Shown: piece by piece, positions 1 through 9,530 of the stretch
Position numbering within the stretch: position 1 is the stretch's first letter
How the letters are laid out: every line of letters begins with the position of its first letter
NCBI GenBank assembly: GCA_947479535.1
Contig: CANJZQ010000001.1
Coordinates: 142,324-206,323 of the forward strand
Reading direction: 5' to 3'
DNA: 64,000 nucleotides
Origin: Oligoflexales bacterium
GTDB taxonomy: Bacteria > Bdellovibrionota_B > Oligoflexia > Oligoflexales > RGVZ01
Made by a program: the position numbers and the translations under genes
The notes under the pieces: model-generated
Databases searched by the model: none
The model's input: the letters and a program-made list of their open reading frames with translations, nothing else
What the model was told of the DNA's origin: nothing

Positions 1-34
1 ATTTCATTGGTTTCTATTGCGAGGATTTCCGACG

Positions 35-997
35 ATGACTTTTACCCCTTCGTCTCCGGGCGCGCTCACCAGACTTTTCGGCACACGCCTGCCCGTTGTC
101 CAGGCTGGCATGGTCTGGGTTTCCGGCGGAAAACTCGCCGCCGCCGCCAGCAATGCCGGCGCTCTTGGCCTTGTCGGAGCCGGCTCCATGAAACCCGACC
201 TCCTGAAACATCACCTTGAATTGGCGAAGTCCCTGACCTCAAAGCCCTTTGGAATTAACTTGCCGCTGCTCTATTCGGGCGTCGACGAACAGGTCAAGGT
301 CGCCCTCGATGCCGGGGTGCGCATCTTTTTCACTTCAGCCGGCAGCCCTAAAAAACTGACCGCCTTTCTGAAAAGCCACGGCTGCACGGTGGTCCACGTC
401 ACGTCTTCGCCGGACCTCGCCAAAAAATGCGAAGACGCCGGCTGCGACGCCGTGGTCGCCGAAGGATTCGAGGCCGGTGGTCACAATGGCCGTGACGAAA
501 TCACGACCCTCGTCTTGATCCCCCAGGTGGTCGACGCCGTAAAAATCCCGGTCATCGCCGCTGGCGGTATCGCCGACGGGCGCGCCATTGCCGCTGCCCT
601 GGCCTTGGGTGCCTCTGGCGTCCAGATTGGGACGCGCTTTGCCGCCACTGTCGAATCCAGTGCCCACGACAACTTTAAAAATGCCATCATCCATTCCAAA
701 CCTGATTCCACTTTTTTAATGATGAAGCAGCTCGTCCCTGTTCGCCTTTTGAAGAATCCTTTTTACGAAGAAATCAAAGCCCTCGAGGCCCGCTGCGCCC
801 CGTCCGAGGAAATTGCGGCCCACCTCGGCAAAGGCCGCGCCAAGTCCGGCATGCTGGATGGTGACTTGACCAACGGCGAGCTTGAAATCGGCCAGGTTTG
901 TGCCGCTGTCCGCGACATTCCAAGTTGCGCAGAGCTTGTCGCCCGCCTTGAAAAAGAATATTCAGCCGCTGTGGCTCAGTTGCACCCGAAGCTTTAA
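35..997 (+). CDS. FMN-dependent nitronate monooxygenase / FabK-like enoyl reductase family protein
   Basis: Track ORF 17..997. ATG at 35 lies 8 nt after GAGGA (22-26). Motifs LPVVQAGM, GALGLVGAG, AEGFEAGGH and IPVIAAGGIADGR match the NMO/2-nitropropane dioxygenase TIM-barrel family. Confidence 0.8.
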   Translation: MTFTPSSPGALTRLFGTRLPVVQAGMVWVSGGKLAAAASNAGALGLVGAGSMKPDLLKHHLELAKSLTSKPFGINLPLLYSGVDEQVKVALDAGVRIFFTSAGSPKKLTAFLKSHGCTVVHVTSSPDLAKKCEDAGCDAVVAEGFEAGGHNGRDEITTLVLIPQVVDAVKIPVIAAGGIADGRAIAAALALGASGVQIGTRFAATVESSAHDNFKNAIIHSKPDSTFLMMKQLVPVRLLKNPFYEEIKALEARCAPSEEIAAHLGKGRAKSGMLDGDLTNGELEIGQVCAAVRDIPSCAELVARLEKEYSAAVAQLHPKL

Positions 998-1010
998 GTC
1001 AGGAATTGCC

Positions 1011-1805
1011 ATGACAACCGATGTGGTCAATATTTTCGCCCCAACACCCGACCGCCGCGTAAAGCGCGGGTGGATGAACCTTCGCGTGGCTCAAGTCATC
1101 CACGAGACTCCCGACACCGACACTTTTTTGATGGTGGATGCCGAAGAGAACAAGCGTGCTTTTGATTACATCGCTGGGCAGTATCTGACCTTTCGTTTCG
1201 ACGACGTCGCCGACAAGCCCGTCGTCCGCAGTTACACAATGTCCTCATCGCCGTGCCAGCCCGACACGGTGGCTTTCACTGTCAAGCGCGTGGAAAAGGG
1301 CCTGATCAGCAACTGGCTTTGCGACAACGTCCGTGCTGGTTCCATCCTGCGCGCCCGCGGACCCATTGGCCGCTTCTGTTACGATCCCGCCCACGACAAG
1401 AAACACTTGTTCATGATTGCCGCCGGCAGTGGCGTGACCCCATTTGTCAGCATCATGCGCGAGCACGCAAACACGCTTGGCAAAAAAGGATCTCCCGAAA
1501 AGATGACCCTTCTTGTCTCTTACCGGTCCACAAAGGACTTGATCTGCTGGGAAGATTTGAATGCGCTGCGCAATATCCCGGGCTGCCGCGTCATCGTCAG
1601 CCTGTCCCGCGAACACGCCGAGAAGGAAGGTTTCCTTTACGGCCGCATCAACGAGTCGATGCTGGCCGATACGATTGCCGGCGACTACGCCGACGTCACA
1701 TTTATGTCCTGCGGCCCACAGGAAATGATGGACCTCGGCCGCAACCATGCCCTCTCAAAAGGCGTCGTGCCCGAGCAATTCAAAACTGAATCCTTCGAGT
1801 CTTGA
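1011..1805 (+). CDS. FNR-type oxidoreductase (FAD-binding plus NAD(P)-binding domains, no Fe-S domain)
   Basis: In-frame ATG 1011 lies just after the upstream stop. Motifs: RSYTMSS (RxYS FAD motif), GPIGRF, MIAAGSGVTPF (nucleotide-binding) and C-terminal SCGPQEMM. Confidence 0.75.
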   Translation: MTTDVVNIFAPTPDRRVKRGWMNLRVAQVIHETPDTDTFLMVDAEENKRAFDYIAGQYLTFRFDDVADKPVVRSYTMSSSPCQPDTVAFTVKRVEKGLISNWLCDNVRAGSILRARGPIGRFCYDPAHDKKHLFMIAAGSGVTPFVSIMREHANTLGKKGSPEKMTLLVSYRSTKDLICWEDLNALRNIPGCRVIVSLSREHAEKEGFLYGRINESMLADTIAGDYADVTFMSCGPQEMMDLGRNHALSKGVVPEQFKTESFES

Positions 1806-1816
1806 TGTCTCTCAGA

Positions 1817-3361
1817 TCATCTGTCCGGGCCGCCACTTCCGCTGGTCGTGGCTGTGATCGTTCTGCCACTGGAGAACAGCGGTGATGTGCCGTTGTCGGT
1901 GGCGCAGACCCGGAAGGAGTAAGCCGTGCCCGATAAGAGCCCCGAAATCGTGGCTCCAGTCAAGTTAATGGAAGTCGCCGGAACTGCGGTCCCTGCAGAG
2001 CAGGTATCCGGAGCCGTCGGACCTGTCTGGTATGCAACCCAGAAAGCCGCGGTGTTCACTCCGCCAGTGACCCAGCCCAAGGTTACGCTGTTTGCCGCCT
2101 GCGTAAATGCCGTCAGGTTTGTCGGATTTGGTGGCGTCGAGCCGCTCGAACCAGTGCCTGTTCCCGTACCACTGCCCGTTCCCGTCGTCGCGAACTTGAA
2201 GACGCAAATCACGTTTCCGGTACTGGTGCTGGAAGCTGGAGGTTCAGTCACAGGATTGCTGATCGGATTCGGAAAGTAGGCGGTCTTGTAGGTCCCGATG
2301 TCGGAAACCCAGAATTTCGATTCGAAGATTTCTTCCTTGGTGATCAAGCCATCTGGTCCCGTTGCACCCGTTTTCAACATCCAGGCCACTTGGTTGCTGG
2401 TCGGAAGTGCCCACGTTCCAGTCGAGGAACTGTAGGTGTTACTTCCTACTTTGACTTTTGCAACTGTGCACAGGGCCAATGCCTCAGCAACTGTTCTAGC
2501 CAAGGGAGGGGGAGGGACTGTTGTTGTGTCTTCGCGCATCAGGATCCAACGGTTTTGCGTCGGATAGTCAATAAAGACCGTTGCTTTCGCGATCACCTCA
2601 TCTTGCGAGTTTTTGACATCCTCCCGACCCGTCGATTCTGCCTTAAAAGTATCGCGCGGAAGGGAAGTCCCTTGGACACCCAGCACCGTGTTTGGAATCA
2701 AGATATCGTCCGAACTTAGCTCGGAGTTTCCAGAAACCTTGAACGGCAGGTACAAGGTGGTCGGTGACGTACTGGTTGGTGCCGACAGGAAAAATGATGA
2801 CGTTGGCAATGGGACAAAGTCGCCATCTGAGATTTTTCTGACCCGGAACTGGTAAGGGTTCCCGTCTGTTCCAAACAGCGTGAAGATTTGTGGAGCGGTC
2901 TTGGTGACGCCGGAGGTGTCAAGGGACGAGGGGTCCTTACCGGTATTCAGCGGCCACAGAGTGCTGGGGAACGATCCTTGAACGCCGCCAATGGTTTGCC
3001 CCCGTCGAATCACACCGGGGTTCAGGTTTGAGTTCGCGGATGTCGCATCGACGGCGGAGAATTTACCGTCATCAGCGATGACGCAATCCCGCTGCCCGTC
3101 CGCGTTGCATGTCGGTTTTTGGTTTTGTTGTTTGCCGAGGCATGAATTCCCGGCTGCGGCAGTCCCGGTGACAATCACTCCCGTTTCCGGATGGACATAG
3201 GTAACACCAACACAGACGCTTGAAGCATCAGTTGCGATGATAAGAGGTGACTGACTGTCCTGGGGTGCTGCGAAAAAGTTGGTGGTCCGCGATTGCGCAA
3301 AAATTTTCGGCGCCGCGAGCAGCAAGAACAGCGTGATGATTTTCAAGAATGTGCTCTTCAT
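1817..3361 (-). CDS. Secreted protein, DUF1566/Lcl-C-terminal-like domain plus C-terminal fibronectin type III-like module
   Basis: ATG 3361 gives the signal peptide MKSTFLKIITLFLLLAAPKIFAQS. WALPTSNQVAWML..FWVSD..NVICVFK resembles DUF1566. A GTGSGTGTGTGSSGS linker precedes an FN3-like LTAFTQAANSVTLGW..YSFRVCATD segment. Confidence 0.6.
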   Translation of the reverse strand: MKSTFLKIITLFLLLAAPKIFAQSRTTNFFAAPQDSQSPLIIATDASSVCVGVTYVHPETGVIVTGTAAAGNSCLGKQQNQKPTCNADGQRDCVIADDGKFSAVDATSANSNLNPGVIRRGQTIGGVQGSFPSTLWPLNTGKDPSSLDTSGVTKTAPQIFTLFGTDGNPYQFRVRKISDGDFVPLPTSSFFLSAPTSTSPTTLYLPFKVSGNSELSSDDILIPNTVLGVQGTSLPRDTFKAESTGREDVKNSQDEVIAKATVFIDYPTQNRWILMREDTTTVPPPPLARTVAEALALCTVAKVKVGSNTYSSSTGTWALPTSNQVAWMLKTGATGPDGLITKEEIFESKFWVSDIGTYKTAYFPNPISNPVTEPPASSTSTGNVICVFKFATTGTGSGTGTGTGSSGSTPPNPTNLTAFTQAANSVTLGWVTGGVNTAAFWVAYQTGPTAPDTCSAGTAVPATSINLTGATISGLLSGTAYSFRVCATDNGTSPLFSSGRTITATTSGSGGPDR

Positions 3362-5367
3362 GGTCCGTTCCCCGCAGAGCCAACTGGCTTGTAAACGCAC
3401 GCGGTCCACGCGGATTCTGCGTTGATTGCGGATCGCGCCTGGGATGTCGCACCGGCATTTGGAAACTCAAAAATCTTGTAATTCGCGGTGCCGTTGATGG
3501 TGGTCTGAGTCCACAATTTGATCGACGTGGGGGTCGTGCCGTTTGGGCTCGTAAATTGAGTTAACATCGCGCCGGGACCGCTGGTCATGCCGGTCGACCA
3601 GGCCCAGAACAAATCCTGAGGGCTTGGCAGAGAGCCTTGCGTGCAGGTGGCTGGCTCAGGTGTTCCGTTGTTGTTGACCAGGTACCAGTTGTAGCCAGTG
3701 GCTCCGTCGATCCACGTCGTGCCTGACTTGCTCCAGTAGTTTCTCGGCGGGGTCGTGCCCTTTACACCGAAGATGGACTTATCCGCGACAATCATGTCCG
3801 CCCTCAGACCAGTACCGGCAATTTCGAAGCCCGTGTAAAGCGTCTTCGTTCCAGAGCGTTCGATCGGTAGTAATCCTGGTGTCAGCAAGGGTGGTGGCGC
3901 GTTGGCCGCCGTCGAAGTTTGTGCCCCGGCGCTGCGAAGATTGAACGTCACGCCTTCCCCTTCATCTGTTAAAAGCGTGATGGCCCGGGTATCAGTCGGG
4001 GACGCGCCAAACGCGGGAAGATTTGCGAAATCCGGGTGCGCGGAGATGTCGGCAGCATTCGTGTTCGTTGGCACCGTCAATTTAGAGGTGCTTGAGGGGA
4101 ACGCGCCTGTGACGGTTCCGGTTGCGAGGGTCAGCACTGTGCCTGATTTCAGTGATTCCGGGCGGACGCGGGCAACTTCAACGGCAGGCCATGCTGCCGT
4201 TGTGAAGCACTTCGATAATTTGCCAGCAGTACACGCTGTTTCAGCGGCCGGGCGGCCGGTGCAGTTTCTGGTCCCAGTTCCAGTGCGAGTGGTGCCATCG
4301 CCGGCGATGAAATTCTGACGTGCGCAGACGGCTTCGGAGTTCAGGCTGAAGGCAAAGGCACTGGCAGTGGCAGCGGTGTCCAAGATCATGATGTTGGTGT
4401 CTGTGCCCGGAGATCCATCCTGGCCAAGGCCGATGACGAACATGCCGCGGCCGCGTCCGCGAGTGGTTGCGGAACTGGTTGTGGCGATCAATTCTTCGGT
4501 GGTGGGCAGCTGAATTTCAACGGACTTGCCGTCGCTGGATTCTTTTAGGGTCAGTTTGCGGTCTTTGATAAAGGCTCTCATCCCGATCAGATTTTCGCCC
4601 GTGACCGTGAATTTTCCGACGGGCTGCACAACAAACGGTTTGCGACCAGTGACCAACATTTTGGGCAGGTCCTTGACCTCGTTGTTGCGTTTCGGTGGTG
4701 CTTCGGCGGTGGGTTTGACCATGCGTTCGACAGGCTTCTCAACTTCTTCGCTGATTTGCACCAACCGGTAACTTCCCCAAGTCGACGTCTCGAATGTGGC
4801 ATTGCCGTCCTTGAAAGTGATTTCCTTGTTGGGAATCAAACCGACGGAAGTTTCTTTGGTTTCCAGTTTGATGCCAACGTAAGCCACGGCGTAACGCGAT
4901 GTGTCGGCGTCCAGAAACAGGCTGCTGGAAGAAAACAAGGGCAGGCTCAGGGACATCGGCACAATAAGGTCGGTGGCGTCAGAGGCAGAAACGTAGAGAG
5001 ACGATCCGACGCCGCTCACCGCAGAAGAATCCAGCCCAAGCTGTGCCAGGACATCAGCACTCGCGGCGTCAGAGCCTTCGCCCAAAATGATGGACGTACT
5101 GAAGGAAAGAGATCCTGGGGGGAAGATCACCGATGCGCCGGATACGGCTGAACTAGAGGACGCCAGGATTGTTTGGTAGCGGTTGGATGCCGCGGAATAG
5201 CTGCCCGTGACGTCGCCGGCTTCTTCGGTGGTTTGAATCAGGCTGGTCAAAGCCTCGGTCTCGCCCTGCTTCAAAAACCCCGGGCCTTTCAGGCAAGACG
5301 AAGTCCACGTCGCGAGAAGGATCGCAACGGCGGGGCAGGCGATTGTGGTGAGGTTAAACCGCATCAA
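3358..5367 (-). CDS. Large secreted/lipoprotein-like protein with C-terminal DUF1566-like domain (paralog of 1817..3361)
   Basis: N-terminus MMRFNLTTIACPAVAILLATWTSSC is signal/lipobox-like. The C-terminus reads SLPSPQDLFWAWSTG..LWTQTT..AWTACVYK. It shares GAFPSS/GSFPST and IFGVKGT/VLGVQGT motifs with the downstream ORF. Its stop overlaps the downstream ATG (ATGA at 3358-3361). Confidence 0.6.
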   Translation of the reverse strand: MMRFNLTTIACPAVAILLATWTSSCLKGPGFLKQGETEALTSLIQTTEEAGDVTGSYSAASNRYQTILASSSSAVSGASVIFPPGSLSFSTSIILGEGSDAASADVLAQLGLDSSAVSGVGSSLYVSASDATDLIVPMSLSLPLFSSSSLFLDADTSRYAVAYVGIKLETKETSVGLIPNKEITFKDGNATFETSTWGSYRLVQISEEVEKPVERMVKPTAEAPPKRNNEVKDLPKMLVTGRKPFVVQPVGKFTVTGENLIGMRAFIKDRKLTLKESSDGKSVEIQLPTTEELIATTSSATTRGRGRGMFVIGLGQDGSPGTDTNIMILDTAATASAFAFSLNSEAVCARQNFIAGDGTTRTGTGTRNCTGRPAAETACTAGKLSKCFTTAAWPAVEVARVRPESLKSGTVLTLATGTVTGAFPSSTSKLTVPTNTNAADISAHPDFANLPAFGASPTDTRAITLLTDEGEGVTFNLRSAGAQTSTAANAPPPLLTPGLLPIERSGTKTLYTGFEIAGTGLRADMIVADKSIFGVKGTTPPRNYWSKSGTTWIDGATGYNWYLVNNNGTPEPATCTQGSLPSPQDLFWAWSTGMTSGPGAMLTQFTSPNGTTPTSIKLWTQTTINGTANYKIFEFPNAGATSQARSAINAESAWTACVYKPVGSAGNGP

Positions 5368-5454
5368 ATCTCCCAGTTCCCTAAGGAGATCGGTTGGATG
5401 CGGGCAGGCTTTAGCGGTTCTTACAAAATATTTTAGGCGGGGTTCGGACTCTGC

Positions 5455-6570
5455 CTAAACCATCGCCGAAACGAATTCTGATGGGTTGAAGGGCCTGAGA
5501 TCATTAACTTTTTCTCCGACACCAATAAAGGATATTGGCAGACGGAACTGGTGGGCGATGCCGACCAGGACGCCGCCTTTGGCGGTGCCATCCAGTTTCG
5601 TGGCGACGAGGCCAGTCAGTTTGACCACTTCGCTGAAGGCGCGGACTTGCTGCACGGCATTTTGGCCCGTTGTGGAATCGATGACGAGCAAGGTTTCATG
5701 CGGCGCGCCGGGAAGTTCTTTTGCGATGCTGCGGTTGATTTTGGCCAGTTCCGCCATCAAATCTTCTTTGCTGTGCAGTCGGCCGGCAGTGTCGATGATG
5801 ATGACATCCGCGCCGCGAGCCTTGCCAGCCTTTACCGTGTCGAAGGCGACGGCGGCGGGATCGGCCCCCGGTTGTTGCTTGATCAAGTCGACGCCGGTGC
5901 GGTCGGCCCAGGTTTGCAATTGGTCAATGGCCGCTGCGCGAAAGGTGTCGCCAGCGCCCAAAATGACTTTTTTTCCCTGGGATTGAAACCAGGCGGCCAG
6001 TTTGCCGATGGTTGTGGTTTTTCCGACGCCGTTGACGCCGACGACCAGAATCACGTGGGGCTTAGTTTCAGCCATGGCGGTCTGTGGCGCAACGAACAGC
6101 GACTGCATTTCGCCGATAAGAAAGGGGCGGACTTGATCCCACGTTAAATCCTGCTGGCCGGCGAATTTCTGACGCAGGCGTTCGACCAAAAGGTCTGTCG
6201 TCTGAACGCCCATGTCTGCGCGGTAGAGGGCCTCGTGGATTTTTTCCAGAAGTTCATCGCCAAACTTGGTGCCGGATCCAAAGAGGTTGCCCAAGGTGCT
6301 GGCAAAGGCAGACCTGGTGCGCGAGAGGCCTGTTTGCAAACGCTCCGACCAGGTTTCGGGTGCAGGGGGTTGTGGAGGCAGTTCTGGGGTTGGGGTGGCG
6401 GTCGATTCTGCAAGGGCTTCGTTCAGCGCTGATTCGTCGCGGCGCTTTTTGACCTGGCGCATGAACAGGCCAGCAACAAGAATCGCGCAGAGCAGGAGAA
6501 AGACGGCGACCATGATGGCAACGAAGGGATCGCCTTGAATCAGGGTCGAGAATGGGTCATTTGCCTGCAT
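5455..6570 (-). CDS. ftsY: Signal recognition particle receptor FtsY
   Basis: Motifs GVNGVGKTTTIGKLA (P-loop), DTAGRL and TKLDGTAKGG, with an N-terminal TM helix and an acidic/Pro-rich A-domain. ATG 6570 is preferred over the TTG at 6600; the start is uncertain. Confidence 0.9.
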   Translation of the reverse strand: MQANDPFSTLIQGDPFVAIMVAVFLLLCAILVAGLFMRQVKKRRDESALNEALAESTATPTPELPPQPPAPETWSERLQTGLSRTRSAFASTLGNLFGSGTKFGDELLEKIHEALYRADMGVQTTDLLVERLRQKFAGQQDLTWDQVRPFLIGEMQSLFVAPQTAMAETKPHVILVVGVNGVGKTTTIGKLAAWFQSQGKKVILGAGDTFRAAAIDQLQTWADRTGVDLIKQQPGADPAAVAFDTVKAGKARGADVIIIDTAGRLHSKEDLMAELAKINRSIAKELPGAPHETLLVIDSTTGQNAVQQVRAFSEVVKLTGLVATKLDGTAKGGVLVGIAHQFRLPISFIGVGEKVNDLRPFNPSEFVSAMV

Positions 6571-6625
6571 GGTGTCCACTTTCCGGCTATACTGGTCCAA
6601 AGAGAACTTCTTACGGGTTTACTGA

Positions 6626-7381
6626 ATGCTCTGGACCGGGAAAATTGTCAAAGGCTGTGTGATGGCCATGATCTTCGGCAGTGGCACGGCATTGGCCGAG
6701 GTTCCGGCCGGGGTCTCAGAGGCTTTGCCGCCTGCGGGGGCTATAGAGGCTCCTGAAGCTTCGGCGCCTTTAACCCGGGAATTTACCCGCTGGGAGCGCG
6801 TGGTTCGCGGATTTCGTCGTGAGCATCATTTTGGCGTGACGGGGGGCTACCTGCGCGGCAGTTGGCAGGTCGGCAGCTTCGGACCTTTGACGAACATGCA
6901 GATTGGCGACGACGGGTTCTGGACCCGGGGCGAATACACCTACCACCTGCAAATTTATGATGGCTTTGGTTACCTGCTGGGAAGCAGTCTGGGGACCACC
7001 TACACCCGGACTTCGGATGTTGCCACACTCAAGCCGCCAACTTCACTGATCTATCCCGGGGTGGTCGTCGGCGCTGTCTACAACATATCCCCAAGGTTCC
7101 GGCTCCTCGGGGCCGGCAGTGTCAATCTTGAGCGCTATGATGGTTTAAGGGCCTTGGCCGAAGGCCAGGATGAAACCCAGATTTCAATCACCATGGAATC
7201 CTACGATGCCCAGGCTGCCCTCGATATTTTCGTGGCGATTAATTTCGCCATCCGGATCGAAGGACACGATCGCTACCAGCTTTACCGGAAACCGCGAAAC
7301 GCAGGGGACAAGGCCGTCAATGCGGATATAGAACGGTTTGATCGATGGTATGGGGCAGGCATTGTTTACCACATGCTTTGA
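6626..7381 (+). CDS. Hypothetical secreted protein, possibly a small outer-membrane beta-barrel
   Basis: Signal-like N-terminus (..CVMAMIFGSGTALA/EVP). Alternating aromatic/Gly-rich segments (GEYTYHLQIYDGFGY, GAVYNISPRFRLLGAGSV). No family recognised. Confidence 0.5.
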   Translation: MLWTGKIVKGCVMAMIFGSGTALAEVPAGVSEALPPAGAIEAPEASAPLTREFTRWERVVRGFRREHHFGVTGGYLRGSWQVGSFGPLTNMQIGDDGFWTRGEYTYHLQIYDGFGYLLGSSLGTTYTRTSDVATLKPPTSLIYPGVVVGAVYNISPRFRLLGAGSVNLERYDGLRALAEGQDETQISITMESYDAQAALDIFVAINFAIRIEGHDRYQLYRKPRNAGDKAVNADIERFDRWYGAGIVYHML

Positions 7382-7396
7382 TGGAGGCGCGTGAAC

Positions 7397-7579
7397 ATGG
7401 CAGAAAAAAAAACGGGGAAGTCGGTAGCCGCTCCTGGTGGAAAGAAAATTTTGGCGGAGAAACAGCGTGGAACTGAGGATGATGTTGAGATCATTAAACT
7501 GATCCTTGACGAGAATCCTGCACTCCGTCAGCGTGTTTTGGACAAGATCAAGGCCATCCGCAAAGCGAGCAAACTGTGA
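7397..7579 (+). CDS. Small charged hypothetical protein (60 aa)
   Basis: ATG 7397 lies 9 nt after GGAGG (7383-7387). Its stop overlaps or abuts the next gene. No recognised family. Confidence 0.35.
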   Translation: MAEKKTGKSVAAPGGKKILAEKQRGTEDDVEIIKLILDENPALRQRVLDKIKAIRKASKL

Positions 7580-7593
7580 AGGGGCAAGTCCAG

Positions 7594-8214
7594 GTGAAGT
7601 TCATTTTAGCTCCGATAGTGATGACACTTCTTGCGTTGACGACGGGTTGCGCCATTGTCAGTTCTTTTTATGGGCCAAAGGTTCTGGAAAAGAGCAAGGA
7701 ACAGACTCCTCCTTGGGTTTCCGTGAAGCCATCGCAACTGATGCTGCAAGAAAATGGTTTTCAGTACCATGCCGTCCAGCTTGACGAAATGGACCTGCCG
7801 CTCGGGGTGAAAAAGGCACAACTTGGTGCAACCCAGCTGTGTGAGATGGCGATTGTCGATGCGGCAAGGACCAGGGCTCGTGAGGTTTGCAAGCTGCCAG
7901 CAAAGTCGGAAAAGGCCAGTTCGGTCGAGCGCATCGATGGGGCTGTTGCCGATGCGGTGAAAAGGGAGTTTGGCGGGGCAATGCGCGTGGCGGACATCTA
8001 TTATGAAAAGGTAGAGGCCCCCGAAGCCGGCGATGAAAAGATCGTCCGGGCGGGGCATGTTTTCAACATCCACGTGCTGGTGACCTTCCCGCGGGAGCAA
8101 TATGACGCCGCCCTGGCGGCCGCCGGCAAAACCCTGCGCCGTGAATCTGGAGTAGAATCCAGACGTTGCGGCGAGGCTCTGACAGCCTTGCCAGGACAGC
8201 CTTCAAGCCGTTGA
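7594..8214 (+). CDS. Hypothetical lipoprotein
   Basis: GTG 7594, after GAAGGGG, gives (M)KFILAPIVMTLLALTTGC, a signal peptide with a lipobox-like Cys. The rest is helical and Ala-rich. No family recognised. Confidence 0.55.
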   Translation: MKFILAPIVMTLLALTTGCAIVSSFYGPKVLEKSKEQTPPWVSVKPSQLMLQENGFQYHAVQLDEMDLPLGVKKAQLGATQLCEMAIVDAARTRAREVCKLPAKSEKASSVERIDGAVADAVKREFGGAMRVADIYYEKVEAPEAGDEKIVRAGHVFNIHVLVTFPREQYDAALAAAGKTLRRESGVESRRCGEALTALPGQPSSR

Positions 8215-8247
8215 CCCGACCGCTCCGGTGTGTTTCCCTAGGCCCCG

Positions 8248-9447
8248 ATGATCGACCTTTCTGAAAACCTTATAGCCCGCCCGGGCAATGTCGTGCTGCC
8301 TGCCTGGCTGGCAGGTGCGCTCGTGCAATCCTGTGGCAGCGGTCCGGCAATGAATTTTAGCCGGGCCTTTCGGTCCTCAGCGCCAGGCGATTCGATCCAG
8401 TGTGGAGTTCCCGTTGGTTTATTGCCCGGCGATCTCGATCTGATGCCATACGTTTTGGCGGAATGGCTGAATCAAGTTGAATCGGTGCAAATTGAGGGCA
8501 AGGGTTCGGGGGCAGATCCGTTTGGAGGGTCGAGCCTCTCGATTGATGCTCTGTCTTTGCGGCAGCGCATCCCCCCGGAATTTTCGGAACGGGTTGATGA
8601 TTTGTGCCAGCGTTTGTTTGGATTGCGTTTGCTGCCCGGTAATTCTGGTGTGGCGGAACCGTTTTTTGAAAACGAGACCATTGAGAGCCTTGGGTCTGGC
8701 AGCTACGCGGGCACTTTGTTTTTGCGCAGCCGCATGCTGTCACAACTGCTCGGCCGCGGCGGACAGGCGTTACCGGCGATCGTGGTTCCGCGACGCTTGT
8801 GGGATGATCTTTCGGCTTTGGAGCGCGGCTGGTTGATCGTGGTCGAGGCTGCAGCACGTTGGCAGTTTTCGTGGGTCCGCGAAGATGGATGCGTAGAATT
8901 AGAAATGATTTTACCTGCCGATGAGGCGCTGGCGAATTCACTAAAGCCTCTGGCTGCGCTTGGCCGGAAGTTGGTCGACTACGGATGGCTCGCGCTGGCG
9001 CTGGATGATGCTCCTGTTTTATTTGAACCTCATCAGGGATCCAGCTCATTGCGCTTGATGTGGGTGCTGCATCCATCGCGGGCCATTCTGCCTGAAGCCA
9101 TTGTTTTAAGCGTTCCGGAGGTGAAACTTCCTGAAGTGCGAATTCCGTCAGTGAAGGCGCCAGAGGTAAAACGGGACGTGGCTCATGATGGGTGGCAATC
9201 CAAAATGCGCCTTTTAGCGGCTGAAGAACTGCAAAAAATCAGAGCCGGCAACTCTGGGCAATATTTACAACTCAAGCAACGTTATCTGGAATCTCTCGAT
9301 TTGCATGGCCGAAAAATCATTTGCGACATCGAGCAAAGGCTTGCCCCAGTGCTTTTTGAAGAGCATTTGCGGCACGGGATTATTCGCTACATGGTCGATC
9401 ATCCGTCGGCGTGGCAAAGTGCCCGATCAGGAAAACCTGCACATTAA
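8248..9447 (+). CDS. Hypothetical protein (399 aa) with short PEVK-like repeat
   Basis: Long ORF with ATG start. Contains VPEVKLPEVRIPSVKAPEVKR. No family motif recognised. The large antisense track ORF 8357..9076 is judged a shadow ORF. Confidence 0.5.
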   Translation: MIDLSENLIARPGNVVLPAWLAGALVQSCGSGPAMNFSRAFRSSAPGDSIQCGVPVGLLPGDLDLMPYVLAEWLNQVESVQIEGKGSGADPFGGSSLSIDALSLRQRIPPEFSERVDDLCQRLFGLRLLPGNSGVAEPFFENETIESLGSGSYAGTLFLRSRMLSQLLGRGGQALPAIVVPRRLWDDLSALERGWLIVVEAAARWQFSWVREDGCVELEMILPADEALANSLKPLAALGRKLVDYGWLALALDDAPVLFEPHQGSSSLRLMWVLHPSRAILPEAIVLSVPEVKLPEVRIPSVKAPEVKRDVAHDGWQSKMRLLAAEELQKIRAGNSGQYLQLKQRYLESLDLHGRKIICDIEQRLAPVLFEEHLRHGIIRYMVDHPSAWQSARSGKPAH

Positions 9448-9459
9448 TCAGTTTCACCC

Positions 9460-9488
9460 TTGATTTTTAGATGGTTGCACCCTATCTT
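9460..9488 (+). promoter_or_regulatory. Candidate sigma70-type promoter of the HU-like gene
   Basis: TTGATT (9460-9465), 17 nt spacer, TATCTT (9483-9488). It is embedded in a direct repeat, CACCCTTGATTTTTAGAT / CACCCTATCTTTTTTAGAT. Confidence 0.3.
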
Positions 9489-9530
9489 TTTTAGATCACG
9501 TACATCTGACATCCATGGAGGAGCAAAAAG

